64,000 nucleotides of DNA from Candidatus Oxydemutatoraceae bacterium (GTDB lineage Bacteria; Pseudomonadota; Gammaproteobacteria; Poriferisulfidales; Oxydemutatoraceae), in contig CBDCOZ010000003.1 in the NCBI GenBank assembly GCA_965220085.1, forward strand, positions 1,440,001-1,504,000, written 5' to 3'. Below are positions 1 through 11,600 of this stretch, piece after piece (position 1 is the stretch's first letter; every line of letters begins with the position of its first letter). A program made the translations under genes and the position numbers. The notes under the pieces are model-generated. The model was not told the origin of the DNA and ran no database searches. It saw nothing but the letters and a program-made list of their open reading frames with translations.

Positions 1-536
1 AGAAAGACCTAAAAGAGAAGTATCCCACATTTCACAAACTACTCGCTGAGCACCGCGAAAAACTAGAAAAAAGATACAGCTATAATCGTAAAATCAACTT
101 CTGGGAATGGGTGTTTTTGCGGAGCATTGACTTGTTCAAGCAAAGACAAGATAAAATTTTTGTTCCCTGCAAAGAACGAATATCCCACAAGAATTATTTC
201 CGATTCTCTTATGTTACTCAGGGGATTTTTCCAACACAGGATGTAACCGCGATATTCCTTAAACCGGATACAAAAGAAAGCATTTACTACATACTCGCCT
301 TATTAAACAGCGAATATGTCTTTGAGTGGCTAAAATACAAAGGAGTCGTTAAAGGTAATATTGTGGAATTCTCAGAGAGACCACTGGCAAGTATCCCAAT
401 AAAGCGGATTGATTGGGAAAATAATCAAGAAGTACAATTGCACGACGAAATAGCAAAATGGTGCAAAGACTACATCGCAAGCCCAGACAATAATACTCTC
501 AAGAGTTTGAACAAGGGAGTCGCTACCCTATTTTAA
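1..536 (+). CDS. C-terminal part of a type II DNA adenine methyltransferase (M.HincII-like, TaqI-C-type target-recognition region); 5' end lies outside the window
   Basis: The frame is open from base 3 (KDLKEKYPTF...EKRYSYNRKINFWEWVFLRS). It contains YYILALLNS...F.W....G and PLASIPIK, typical of TaqI/Eco57I-like MTase C-termini. It converges on a HincII-like endonuclease with a 9-bp overlap of the 3' ends. Confidence 0.8.
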   Translation, partial: KDLKEKYPTFHKLLAEHREKLEKRYSYNRKINFWEWVFLRSIDLFKQRQDKIFVPCKERISHKNYFRFSYVTQGIFPTQDVTAIFLKPDTKESIYYILALLNSEYVFEWLKYKGVVKGNIVEFSERPLASIPIKRIDWENNQEVQLHDEIAKWCKDYIASPDNNTLKSLNKGVATLF

Positions 537-1295
537 GAACTTTTGGAATGGCTCTATAAATTCCGTTAGCATTTTATCTCTACGTTTTTCTGCTTGTGAC
601 ACAAATCTATGCAGATAGTCTTTGCACCACCGCTTTGGACTCCTTTTGTATGACTGGTCAAGATCTTTAACATGAAATTGAATCTGCATGGCGGCAGCCC
701 AATTTATGTAAAGCGAAACAGGATCCGTTTTGAATAGTTCCTTAATTGATGCTCCGAAACATTTCAGATTTTCACCTTCAACTCTCCAAGTTATATCAAT
801 ATAGGTTATATCATGCGATGAAAAATTTCTTGTTTCTAACATAAAAGCCGCCATTTTTGCGAGTTTATACGAAGAAATGATATTTGGCGGTTGTCCGCCA
901 AGATCAAGGTTATGTGTCTTCACATCAATCAGATTAAAAAAATCCTTTCCGATTACAATGATATCCGCCGTATCGTTTTGCTTTTCTACAAACAGGTTTT
1001 TTGGACTCCATGTCTCGGTCGCATCCTTTCCCCGATTAAGAAGGAAAGCAAGTGCGGGCGGGCTAATCAAATTCAAACGATCCTCTACGGAAACAACTTT
1101 TGGAGCCTCGGAATAAATCTTATTTAATAGTTCATACTGACGAAATGTCTTCTCATTGTACTTTTCTTTAATAAGTCGGTAAACATGCTTGTCAAATGGC
1201 TCACCTGCTGCGTGTCCTGAAAGAGTACCAGAAACTGGCTTTGGCACAAGCATGCCAATAAGCTCTTTTTCTAAAAATCTAATGCTTAAATTCAT
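528..1295 (-). CDS. hincIIR: HincII-family type II restriction endonuclease (predicted site GTYRAC)
   Basis: 255 aa with motifs I recall from R.HincII: SGTLSGHAAGEPF, EKQNDTADI, DVKT (catalytic D..D-x-K), QxPNIIS.YKLA and LYINWAAAMQIQFHV. Confidence 0.92.
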   Translation of the reverse strand: MNLSIRFLEKELIGMLVPKPVSGTLSGHAAGEPFDKHVYRLIKEKYNEKTFRQYELLNKIYSEAPKVVSVEDRLNLISPPALAFLLNRGKDATETWSPKNLFVEKQNDTADIIVIGKDFFNLIDVKTHNLDLGGQPPNIISSYKLAKMAAFMLETRNFSSHDITYIDITWRVEGENLKCFGASIKELFKTDPVSLYINWAAAMQIQFHVKDLDQSYKRSPKRWCKDYLHRFVSQAEKRRDKMLTEFIEPFQKFLK

Positions 1296-1298
1296 AAT

Positions 1299-1520
1299 TT
1301 AATTTATGAAATAACCTATTGGCTTCTGATAAACTTTTGCAAACAGTTTTACTTCTGCAACATCAACCCGCCTTTCGCCCCTTTCAATTTTTGAAACATA
1401 AGACTGCGGCTTGCCAAGTACTTTGGCAACATCTGCCTGTTTCAAGCCAGCTTCAAAACGCGCCTCTTTGAGGCGTTCTATCACATTTTGATACTCTTTT
1501 GTGTAAACAGAATTTCTCAT
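1299..1520 (-). CDS. XRE-family HTH protein, probable R-M controller (C) protein
   Basis: 73 aa with the HTH LKEARFEAGLKQADVAKVLGKPQSYVSKIERGERRVD. It ends 3 bp before the REase start on the same strand, the usual C-R arrangement. Confidence 0.8.
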   Translation of the reverse strand: MRNSVYTKEYQNVIERLKEARFEAGLKQADVAKVLGKPQSYVSKIERGERRVDVAEVKLFAKVYQKPIGYFIN

Positions 1521-1541
1521 GCCATCATATAGTTCTAATGA

Positions 1542-1576
1542 TATAACCCATTACGGTATAACCTAAAATCGCTTAT
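1542..1576 (-). promoter_or_regulatory. Candidate C-box operator/promoter of the C-R operon
   Basis: TATAACC occurs at 1542 and 1557 (15-bp spacing), with imperfect inverted halves GGTAT and GCTTAT, about 20-55 bp upstream of the C start codon. Confidence 0.4.
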
Positions 1577-1796
1577 GGCATCCTCATGGCGGCTTAAGGC
1601 TTTTTCATTGCCCGTAGCGCATAGGGAGGGAATATGGCGCAACGCTCATTATTCTTCCCCCTCTCCGGCGTTGCGCGGTTGCTCCGACACGCTCCTCGCG
1701 CACCATCCTCGCAAGCACACCGGAGAGTGTGTGGTTTGGCGCAAGCCCGAAGATCTCTCGCCTTGTGTGGCGGAGTCACACATATAAGCCTCGGAA

Positions 1797-2450
1797 TTAT
1801 CGGTTTGGTTTGGCAAGCCGGTCGGCGATCTCCCCTCGGCTCTTTGTGGCAGGCTTGTTGCCGGTCTGCCCGTAGCATAGGCTTGCGGTCACTGAGGAAC
1901 GCCCCGTGTTTGCAGGTCGCGCGTCGCGCTCATCCGCCTGTTTGGGGTTCATGCCGTATTCGGAGAGGAGTCTATCCCTCAAAACGACCCCGATGAGCCT
2001 GAGGATGCTATCAACCTCTATCCCCTGTTCGTATGCCTCTGTTTCTATCTTATCCTTTGTTTCCGTATCCAACTTGCCCAACAAATCTTGTTCGGCAAAA
2101 GCAAAACAAGCCCGTTGCATTTGGCAGGCGTTCGGATTTTCCGGAACGGCTGCTTGATCCGCATATTTGTCGGCAATCGCATCGGCGCCCACCGTATCGG
2201 TAAGCTGCTTGCCGCTTTCCGTCAGGGCTGCGGGACTTTGTTTTTGCAAAAATGCGGCTTCGGGGAACCGAAGGCTGAGGAAAAGTTTGATGTCGTTGAC
2301 ATCTTTTATCACTGCGTCAAGCTTGTCTCTCCATTCCGTGTTGAAAACCGAACGCTTCTGCATATGGAAGAATATCAAGTTAACTATAATATTAGATAGG
2401 ATGATTACAACAACCCCGCTAACAATATATTCTAAGTTTAATGTGCCCAT
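1797..2450 (-). CDS. Hypothetical protein with one N-terminal transmembrane helix
   Basis: GGAG RBS before the ATG and a hydrophobic stretch YIVSGVVVIILSNIIVNLIFF. The helical body carries SPAALTESG and AYEQG...IGVVLRDRLL. The last ~40 aa look like low-quality run-on sequence. Confidence 0.7.
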   Translation of the reverse strand: MGTLNLEYIVSGVVVIILSNIIVNLIFFHMQKRSVFNTEWRDKLDAVIKDVNDIKLFLSLRFPEAAFLQKQSPAALTESGKQLTDTVGADAIADKYADQAAVPENPNACQMQRACFAFAEQDLLGKLDTETKDKIETEAYEQGIEVDSILRLIGVVLRDRLLSEYGMNPKQADERDARPANTGRSSVTASLCYGQTGNKPATKSRGEIADRLAKPNR

Positions 2451-2648
2451 CTGTTTCTCCTGTTCGGGTTTCGATATGGGCGATTGTTACGGGCAACCGC
2501 CACCGGCTGCACGGCAATTAAGCCGTAAGATATGTTGCTACTTCCCCCCTCTTTTCCACTCTTTTTTTGTGCTTATGTTCTTCAAATCTTCTGCCTTTCA
2601 TCGCCGATATAATACCTTCTGTCGCAAAGCAAACACGGAACCCTCGAG

Positions 2649-5600
2649 TTACCGCAACGGTCCTTCCAGGAAGATCCGCAAGCGCAGGCGAATGCCGGCG
2701 GTACCTCCGACCTCTATGCTGATTGTGCCGCTGGTACTCTCACACTGCGCGCCATCGGTCGCGCTTACCCTTACCCTATGCATCTGATTGGGCTCCGGGG
2801 CAGCTTTGAATGCAAGGTTAAATGTGCCGTCCTGTTCTTTGACAGCAAACAGCGTATTCTCTTGCTCGCCGTCGTCATTCACAACAGCGAAAACAAAATT
2901 ATCGTCGGCGCAAGTCCCCGTATTCAATAGCCCTACCGTTGCCACAAAAGTCTCCGGAGGGGTAACCGCGACCCTGTCAAGGGGGGTATTGCCGAGGGGG
3001 TCATTGATTATCACCATAAAGTCCGCGGATACTTCTGTCGTGGTCGTGACATATGCCCAGTCGCCATAAAGTGACTCCTGTCCCGTCCCCCGCTCACCTC
3101 TTGCCTGTACCCCTATCCCATACGCTGTCTCAGGAATCAAGTCCCCAAAGGTGTACTTTGTTGCCGTTACCCTCTTCTCGACCATCATGGCGTTGTCTGA
3201 GTCCTGATCGCAGGTCGCTACGTCAGGACCGGAACAGATAAAGAGTCGATAATCCCGAGCCGGCACACGACGCATGGGGTCCGCCGCGGGAATTTGCCAC
3301 GTCACATCAATGCTTGTCGCGGTCGGAGTCGCGGTAACATTTTGCGGCGCGGACGGCGGATTACGATTGTCTGCCACGGTAACCGTTACCGGAAACTCGT
3401 CCGCGGTCAGGCAGGTTTCGCCGGAATTGGCCAAGCCCAATCTCACCATGTATTGCCCAGGTGACACAATGAATTCGGGTGTTGGCTGGCTTCCCGTGAA
3501 AGAAAGATTGCCGTCGGAATCAATCTTAAAATTATGGGCGCCGAGGCCGATCCGATGAAATTCAACGTCACTGCATTCTGCCGGCACAGGATCCCCCGGA
3601 TTCATGCCTGACACATGGTATTGATAGCGACCCACCGCGGTATCTGTCGTCGGAACCTCGGGCGCCTGATCGCCGGTTATGACCAAGCGAATGGCAGGCT
3701 GGGTGGCAACCGGAAGCTCCGCCGACCAAGCGCTCACACCGCGCACATTCGCCGCCCGTACCCGCGCCTTATAAGCAGTTTCAATCGTCAAGCCGGCGAT
3801 GGTCGCCGTGAGGGCGAGGTTGGCGCTAAGCGTTACCGGCATCCAATCGTTGGCCTCGTCACAGTCGCTCGCAAGGCAATACTGCAACTCATATCCGGTA
3901 ATATCCGCGCCGCCATCAAACGGCGCGGGCCACGTTACCGTGATCGTGTTCTGCGTTGCGGTCGAACTGGCGAAGGTCGGCGTGGTGGGCGCGACGCGCT
4001 CATCTTCCGACACTTCGATAATAAAGGCATCGGTATCGGTTAAACCGCCGCTGTCGGTCACCGTTACGACTATCTCAGTATCTCCGACATCGTCATCGTC
4101 CGGGCGACCGCCGAAGGTGCGCGTCTCGGGATCAAATGTCACCCATGTTCCCTCCAAGATGCCTCCGCCTGGGAGCGCCGCGCTATAGGCAAGCGTCTCC
4201 TCCGTATCACCGGCATCGGGATCAACCGCCGGCGGAATTTGATAGTCAAGCATTTCGGTGTTTGCGGTTACCGAAATCGGACTCAGTGCCGGCAATTGCG
4301 GGGCTTCGTTGACATCAGTCACCGTGAGCGTCACGTTGAGTTCCGCGCTCTGCGCGGGGTCCTGCGAAGTCGCGGTGACTATGACCTCATAGACAGGGGC
4401 GCGGCCTTCGGCTTCAAAGTTGAGGCCGTCTCCCGCCAGCGACAAGCGCCCGCTATTTGCGTCAATGCCAAACACGGCGGAATCGGTTCCGGCGATGCCG
4501 AAAGTCGCGCCGTCAATGCCCGGCGTCGCATAAAAGATGCCGGTGTCGGCGGTATTCTCTGCGACTGTTATCGCCCGCGGGCCGTCAACCCGTAATATAT
4601 TGACGATGCTGACTTCAAACTGTTGCCTGCCCGTCTCACCGTCTTGATTGGTCGCTGTCACAGTAATCACGACCGCAGCGGTACTCTGTTGATGTGCTTC
4701 AAGCCGTGCCATATCCGTGCCCTCCAGCGTTGCCGAAACGACATCTGTCGACGCCGATGCGACCGAGTAAGTCAAACCGTTATTAGTAGGATCTGTAAAG
4801 CTATCTGCTATGGAAATTGTCTCTGAGCCGCCTTGCAGAATGCGCACATCCTCCAAGAGCGTACCAAATCTTGGCGCCCTAGCAGACAATGTTTGTCCGG
4901 TACCGGCATCCGACCAGTCGCCGGTGCCTTCGGCGTTCGTCGCCCGCACCCGCGCAGCGTATTCGGTATCCGCTGTCAGACCTGTAATTCTGGCGTTTTC
5001 ACCGGCGCCGGTATGCGGCCACTCGGTCCAATTGGTATCGGTACTATTGCGATATTCCACATCGTAGTCGTCGATGGCAGGGCCCTGATTCTCCGGCGCA
5101 TTCCACCTCACTTCCACCTCCGTCGGACCGGCGCCCGCGACTGTCGGCGCCGCCGGCGTTCCCGGCGCTTCGGTATCATCATCAACCAGGGTCACCGTCA
5201 CGGCCAGCTCGCCCGAACACCCGCCATTGCTGTCGGCGGCCATTATCATGATCTCATGCGTTCCGTCCGCGCCCTCATCTTGCGGTCTTTCAAAATCAGG
5301 CGCGTCCGCAAACATCAGTCGGCCGCTTGCGGCGTCAATCTCAAACAGTCTGCGATCGACACCGCCGAGCGAGAATCCGATATCGCCGCACAATGACGCG
5401 GAGTGAGCGCCGATGCGATACGCGTCGGCGGCAATAGTCCGCATGTTTTCGGTCGCCGTAGACGACGCCGCGCCGTCTACGGTCAATGCAAAGTTGTCGG
5501 TTCTGGTTTGGGTCGGAGCCGACCACTTGCCTTCGCCTTCGCTGTTATCGGCCCGTACCCGCACGTCATATCCGGCGCCGGCGACAAGGTTGGCAATAAT

Positions 5601-8600
5601 CGCGGGCGCGCCCGCCATTCCGGCGCCGTGCAAGCGCCAATCGCTCTCGCCGCTGCGGCGATATTCGACGGCATAGCCGGAAACATTCGGTCTGTCGGCG
5701 GTATCCGGTTCGGTCCAGGTAACCAGCAAGGTGCCGTCGCCGCTCGGTTGGGCCGCCACGCTGCCCGGCGCATCCGGCGGCTCGGCCGCATTCGTAATCG
5801 TAACCGTCGCCGACAAACGCACTTCAAAAGTTCTGCCCGCTTCCAGCCTCTCCAGAGTATCCCTCAATACGGCGACGACGGTCAGTTCATAGACGCCGTT
5901 ATCATCGGCATCCTGCGGCGTCTCGTAATCCTGCGGCTGTTGCAACGCTATGCGATCCAATTCGGTCAGCGCAAAGAATCTCGCGTCTTCCCCTTCAAGA
6001 GACCACGAGACAATCTCAAAGCTGGCGGCGCTGCCGGCAAAATCATACCTCTGCCCTATTGTGCCGGTGCTGTTCTCGGCAATCTCCGCCATCTGATCCG
6101 CCGGGATCAGTTCGGGCAAGCTGATTACATTGATCACATATTCGCGCGTATTTGCCCCGTCCTCCGATGTGACCTCAACCGTGACCTTGCTCACTCCGAC
6201 AGACAGAGTGACACGGGCGCCGATGATTTCGACCTCATCCTTCAATATTCTTACCGTCGCGCCTTCGGCTGTCGTGACGGCGGTAATATTCGCTTCGGTC
6301 ACGCCAACTTGGGCGACATATTCGGCGGTGTCGCTATCAAACGCGGGCTCCAACCGTCCGCTATCCAGCGACAAGTCGGCCAAAGTAGCCCTTGAGTCGG
6401 GCGAAGCAAATTGTGCGCTGCGAATTCTTTCAAAGCCATCCGCTACGACGGCAACCTGATAATTGTGGGCGGCGCCATCAGTCGCGCCGCTATCGGCATA
6501 TGTCGCTTCGGAGTCGCCCGGCGCGGCGGGGGTTTGTCCCGACGCAATGCTCTCGCCATCGCGGTAGACGGCATAACTCAGGTTTGTGGCGCGCGCCGAG
6601 TTTGCGGGCGATGTCGACCACGTCAGCGCGCGGCTGGCGCCGCTGCCGACGACGACCAAGGTCGGCGCCTCGCGCAGTTGCAAGCCGAACTCCTGCCACG
6701 TCGCCGTGTTGTCGTTGTCAAAATCGGCTTTCAATGCGGGGTATTGTTGCGCGCTGCCAAAGTCCCACACATCGATGCCGTCGTCATCCCAGGGTTCGTA
6801 GATGAGCTCATAAGCGGTCGGCTGGCGCAGTATGTCGCCGCTATGCCCGGTCACTCCGCTTACGCTGCCGACGGGCGAGCCGGCGGAGGCATCCAGACCG
6901 GCCGCGCCGCTATCCCAATAGCTGTGGGTAATGTTGCTGCCCCCGAAGAGGAAGCCGACAAAGCCGCCCGCATCCCTGTTGACCGCCATCGGCGAAGATG
7001 TATTGCCGGTCACCGCCGAAGACGCGTAGCTATAACGGACTGCCGTCGTCGACCCCAAGTAGCCAATCAAGCCGCCGGCATAGCTGAATCTCGCATTCAC
7101 AAAGCTCGACGCGTAGGAATAGCTTACTTGACCGCCCGCGCTATATCCCGCCAAACCGCCGATATTTCCTCCTCGGCCGGCAACGGCTCCCAGCGCATAG
7201 CCGACCGTGACAGAGCCGGCATTGGAGCCGACCAAGCCGCCGCTATACGTGTTGCCGGTTACGGTCGCCGCAGCGTACGCCGCGCTCAATCTGCCCGCGC
7301 TGACGCCGACCAGAGCGCCGGTGTTCCTGTTGCCCTCGACATGACCCTCAACGCCGATATTGCGCAACTCGGAAGCGGCGTTGATGTTGCCAAACAAGCC
7401 GACATCGTCTTGGGCGCCTCTGGAAATATACAGATCCGATATGACATTCCCGTTGCCTTCAAAAGTCGCGGCAAATGTTCCGGTGCTCGCGATCGGCAAC
7501 CAGCCTTCGCCGCCGCCCGACTGCGCCCACGCGGAATTAACCGCGCCGGAGGCATAATCCGCCGCCGTCTCAAAGTTGAGGCTCCGCGTCAACTCATAGC
7601 CGCTACAACCCGCCGCCGCGCACACATCGCCGATAGCGGTGATATCGGGGAACGCGGCCTCATAGCTTGCGGCATCGTCCGCGCGATCCGCTTCGCCGTC
7701 GCCATCCAAGTCATGGCGAATCGCATCCAACTGCTCCAGCGTCGTCACTTCGATCAGGCGATCACCGTCCGTATCGTGTCCGGCAACCAATCGCAACGAG
7801 ATATTTATCTGCGCCGATTGCGGCGGCGTCCCGTCATCGCTCACGGTAACGATGATTGACGTGACGCCGATATCGCCCGCTTGCGAATCGCCCGCGAAAG
7901 TACGGGTATCGGCGGCAAATGTCAGCCAGTCCGGCAGGGTCGTCGCCGCATATGTCAGCGCGGAACCTTCGGGGTCGGTTGCGGCGGCGATGGCAAAACT
8001 CACCGGATGACCGGCGACGAGCACCCGCTCGGGCTCATCGCTTGCCGCCGGCGCTTCGTTCACATTCGTAACCGTTACCGTCACCGTCTCATCATCCTCC
8101 TGCGCATCGGTTCTGGATTCGGCGGTCACCGTCAGTTCGTATGTATTGTCGCCATCGGCGTCGACCGGCGCTTCAAAGTCAGGCGCGGTTACGAACGACA
8201 ACTCGCCGTCGTTATTAATCGCAAATGCGGACGCATCGGCGCCTGTGAGCATCAGATCCGCCGTAAAGCTCTCCGGCACCGAGAAGACCAAGCCGGTCGC
8301 GACGGTATTCTCAGCGACATTGACAGCCGACAAACCGTTGGCCTCGCTCAACACGAACGGTTCGGAAACGGTTACGTCAAACGACTGCTCGGCCACTCTG
8401 TCATCAGCATCCTCCGCCGTGACTCGTATCGATGCCGTGCCGACCGCTACCGCGGTGACAATCAACCTGTCATTGACATTCACTACTGCCGTTGCAACAG
8501 CGCTATCGTCGGAGGACGCGCCAAAGGTCAACCCGCCGGTGGCTCCCGTTTCAAAATAGTCATCCAAAACAATCGGCGCGGGCACAGCTCCGAGCAGCAG

Positions 8601-11600
8601 ATCCAGATCCGGCAACAACTGAGTCACTCTCAGCGCGTCCGTTTCGGCGGTGCGGCCGGTACCCGGCGGCGACCAGCCGCCGATGCCTTCGTCACTATTA
8701 GCGCGTACCCGCGCCTGATATGAAGTGTTTTCTGCCAGAGTGCCGGAACTTATTGTGTCTTGGTTGATTATGACGCTCGGCTCGGTCGGCGTAGTAGAGA
8801 GCGGTATCCACTCGCTTGGGGTGGATTGACGATATTGCACATCGTAATGCGTAATCGGCGGACCTTCATTGAGCGGCGGCTCCCAACGTGCTAATAAGCT
8901 GTCGCTCGACGCCGCAGTTACCATCGGCGCAGTCGCCGTTGTCGGCCGCTCTATCACATCATCCACTGTTATCTCAACCGGTAAAGTGCCGACACAACCG
9001 CCGGATGGGTTAGCGGCACGGATGGTCACATCGTAGGTGTTATCACCGCCACTATCCAGCGGAACTTCATAATTCGGCGCATCAACAAACTGCAATGCCA
9101 CTGTTGTCCCCGGCGATGCATGCATCACTTCGATAACGTTAAACAAGCCGCCGTCAATGCCGTGAGCGGAGAACTCAATGTCACCGCTACCGCAGGCCGC
9201 ACTGTAGCCTGTCACCGCATAAAGCGTACCCACCACCGTATTCGTCTCGGTTGTAGTAAATGCTGTCAAACCGCTGATATCCAATGCTATTTGTTGCGTC
9301 CGGCCTTCGCCAAAACCCGACCAGCCACCGGCGCCTTCGTCGTTCTTCGCCCGCACCCGCGCCCTGTAAGTCGTACCCGCTTTTATGTTAGTACTCACCG
9401 CCAGCTCCAGCGTATTGTTATCGGTGTTTGCTGTTGCTGTCGTCGCTATGCCATCGCTGTATTCCACATCGTAGCCGGTCAGCGGCGGTCTGCCCGTATT
9501 AATCGGCGCACCCCAGTTAATAACGATGCTGGACGGCGAATCGCTCGTCACGGTCGGCGCCGAAGGCGGTAACGGCGGTTCGTCCGTATCGCTTACCACA
9601 ACCAGAACATTCAACTCTTGCGCTGTGCCGCTTGCCGGTGTAAACACCACCCGCACATTGTAAATATTGTCGGTATTTGCATCAGCCGGGGTCTCGTAAT
9701 CCGGGGAGTCATTAAAGAAGAGCGTGCCATCCTGCTCGATATTAAACAAGGCACTGTCTGAGCCGCTGACACTCCAAGTACCCGTCCCGCCGGAGGTGCC
9801 ATATGTTGCGACCGCGGCACTTGTGTTCTCCGGGTAAAGCCGTCGGGCATCGCCGCTGATCTGCGATTCACGCGTTATCCGTAATGTATAAACCGTGGTC
9901 GTCATTGCATCTTCGGCAAGCGCGCTCAGGACGATCGTATTCACGCCCAAGGCCAGCCCCGAGACCGTCAGATTATCAACTTGCAAGGCATCGCCCGTCG
10001 CCGCCGTGCCGCGCAGCCGCGCCGTCGCATTGGGGTGTTCAAACTCCGCCGCAAGCGTCACCGCTTCCGTCTCCATGGCGACTGTCGCCGCATATTCAAA
10101 GACGGCGCTATCAAACGCCGGGGTCAGCGCCGTCGCCGGCGCGGCGATCGATACGGCGACCGCATTGGCGTTATTTGACGGCGAGACGACGACATCACTG
10201 TGCACGGAATGCCCGCCGTAAGCGCCCGCCGAGACGCTGTATTCGTATTGCGCGGACGCGGTCGCTCCGGTATCGGTGAACGAGGTCTTATCGGTCACCG
10301 TCGTCACCAAGGTCTGATCGCGATAAACCGCATAGGTGATCGCGGGCGGCGAGTTCCACGCAGAGGTATCCGCCGGCCCCCAGCTCAGCGTTCTCGTCGT
10401 GCCGGCGCCGACAACCGCTATCCCCGGCACTTTTTCACGCAACTGATATCCGAACTCCTGCCAGGTGGCCTCGCTATTGCCGTCAAAGTCAATTTTCAGC
10501 GCCGGGTATTGCTGTGCGCTGCCGAAATCCCAACTGTCGCTATTGCCGTCTGCCTCCCGGTTCCACTCGGCGTAGATGCCGGCATAGTCTGTCGGCAATT
10601 GTAATTCGGCGGTCGTCTGGCCGACAATCCCGGGATTGTCGCTGAGAGCGACAGTCATGCCGGAAACGTCTATATCCCAGTAATTGCCGTTCTCGAAGAC
10701 ATTCGAATCGCTCAGGTTCTGGTCCCAGCCTATAAAACCGCCGGTGCGAACGAGAGGGGAAGCATCCGAAAATACGATAGCGCGCGAATAGGCGCTGCGC
10801 ACCTCAGTAAGGAGCACTGCGCGCCCTATCAAGCCGCCTATCGCGCGTCCTCGCCCTTGTATGCGACCCGCGCTGTACACATGATTCAATCTTCCTTTGA
10901 TAACGGCGCTTGTTGCTTCGGAAACGCCCACAATGCCGCCAACCCCCTGATTAAATCCGACGCGGGCGGCCGTATAACTGTGGTTGATGGGGCCGGCGCA
11001 ATGCCAGCCGACCAATCCGCCGACTCTGCTCAACTGCGAAAAGCCAGTGGTGTGGCTGATACTGGCAAGCGAATAGACACGCTTGATGGCGGTGGGGGGG
11101 GCGATGACGGCGCCTTCGGCGCAGGCGGTTCTGCCGCTCAGAGCGCCGAAGTTCTGGCCGGCGCCGCTGAAAGTGAGCGCGCCGGTGATACCGAGGTTGC
11201 GGATTTCATTTGCTATGCTGCCGAACAAACCATAACCGTCGACGCCGACATCGCTCCGGTTTATGTGCAGGTTATAAATAGTATGACCGTTGCCGTCAAA
11301 AACGGCGCTGAAGCTGTCGGCATCTGAGCTAATCCGGCCAATCCGTTCCCAGCCTTCGCCGCTCGTCCAGCCGCTCATGTTGGCGGCGGCGCCGCCGTAG
11401 TCGGCAGGGTCATTGAAGTCCAGATTGCGCGTCAACTCATAGCCGACGCAACCGCTGCCCGTCGGGCAACCCATGTCGTCGGCAAGCGCGGCGGGGAACG
11501 CCTCCGCGTAATGCGCCTGCGCGCCCGCCGCGGGCTTACCGTCGCCGTCAAGGTCCCAACGCATCGCGTTGAGTTGCTCCAGGACGGCGACTTCTATCAG

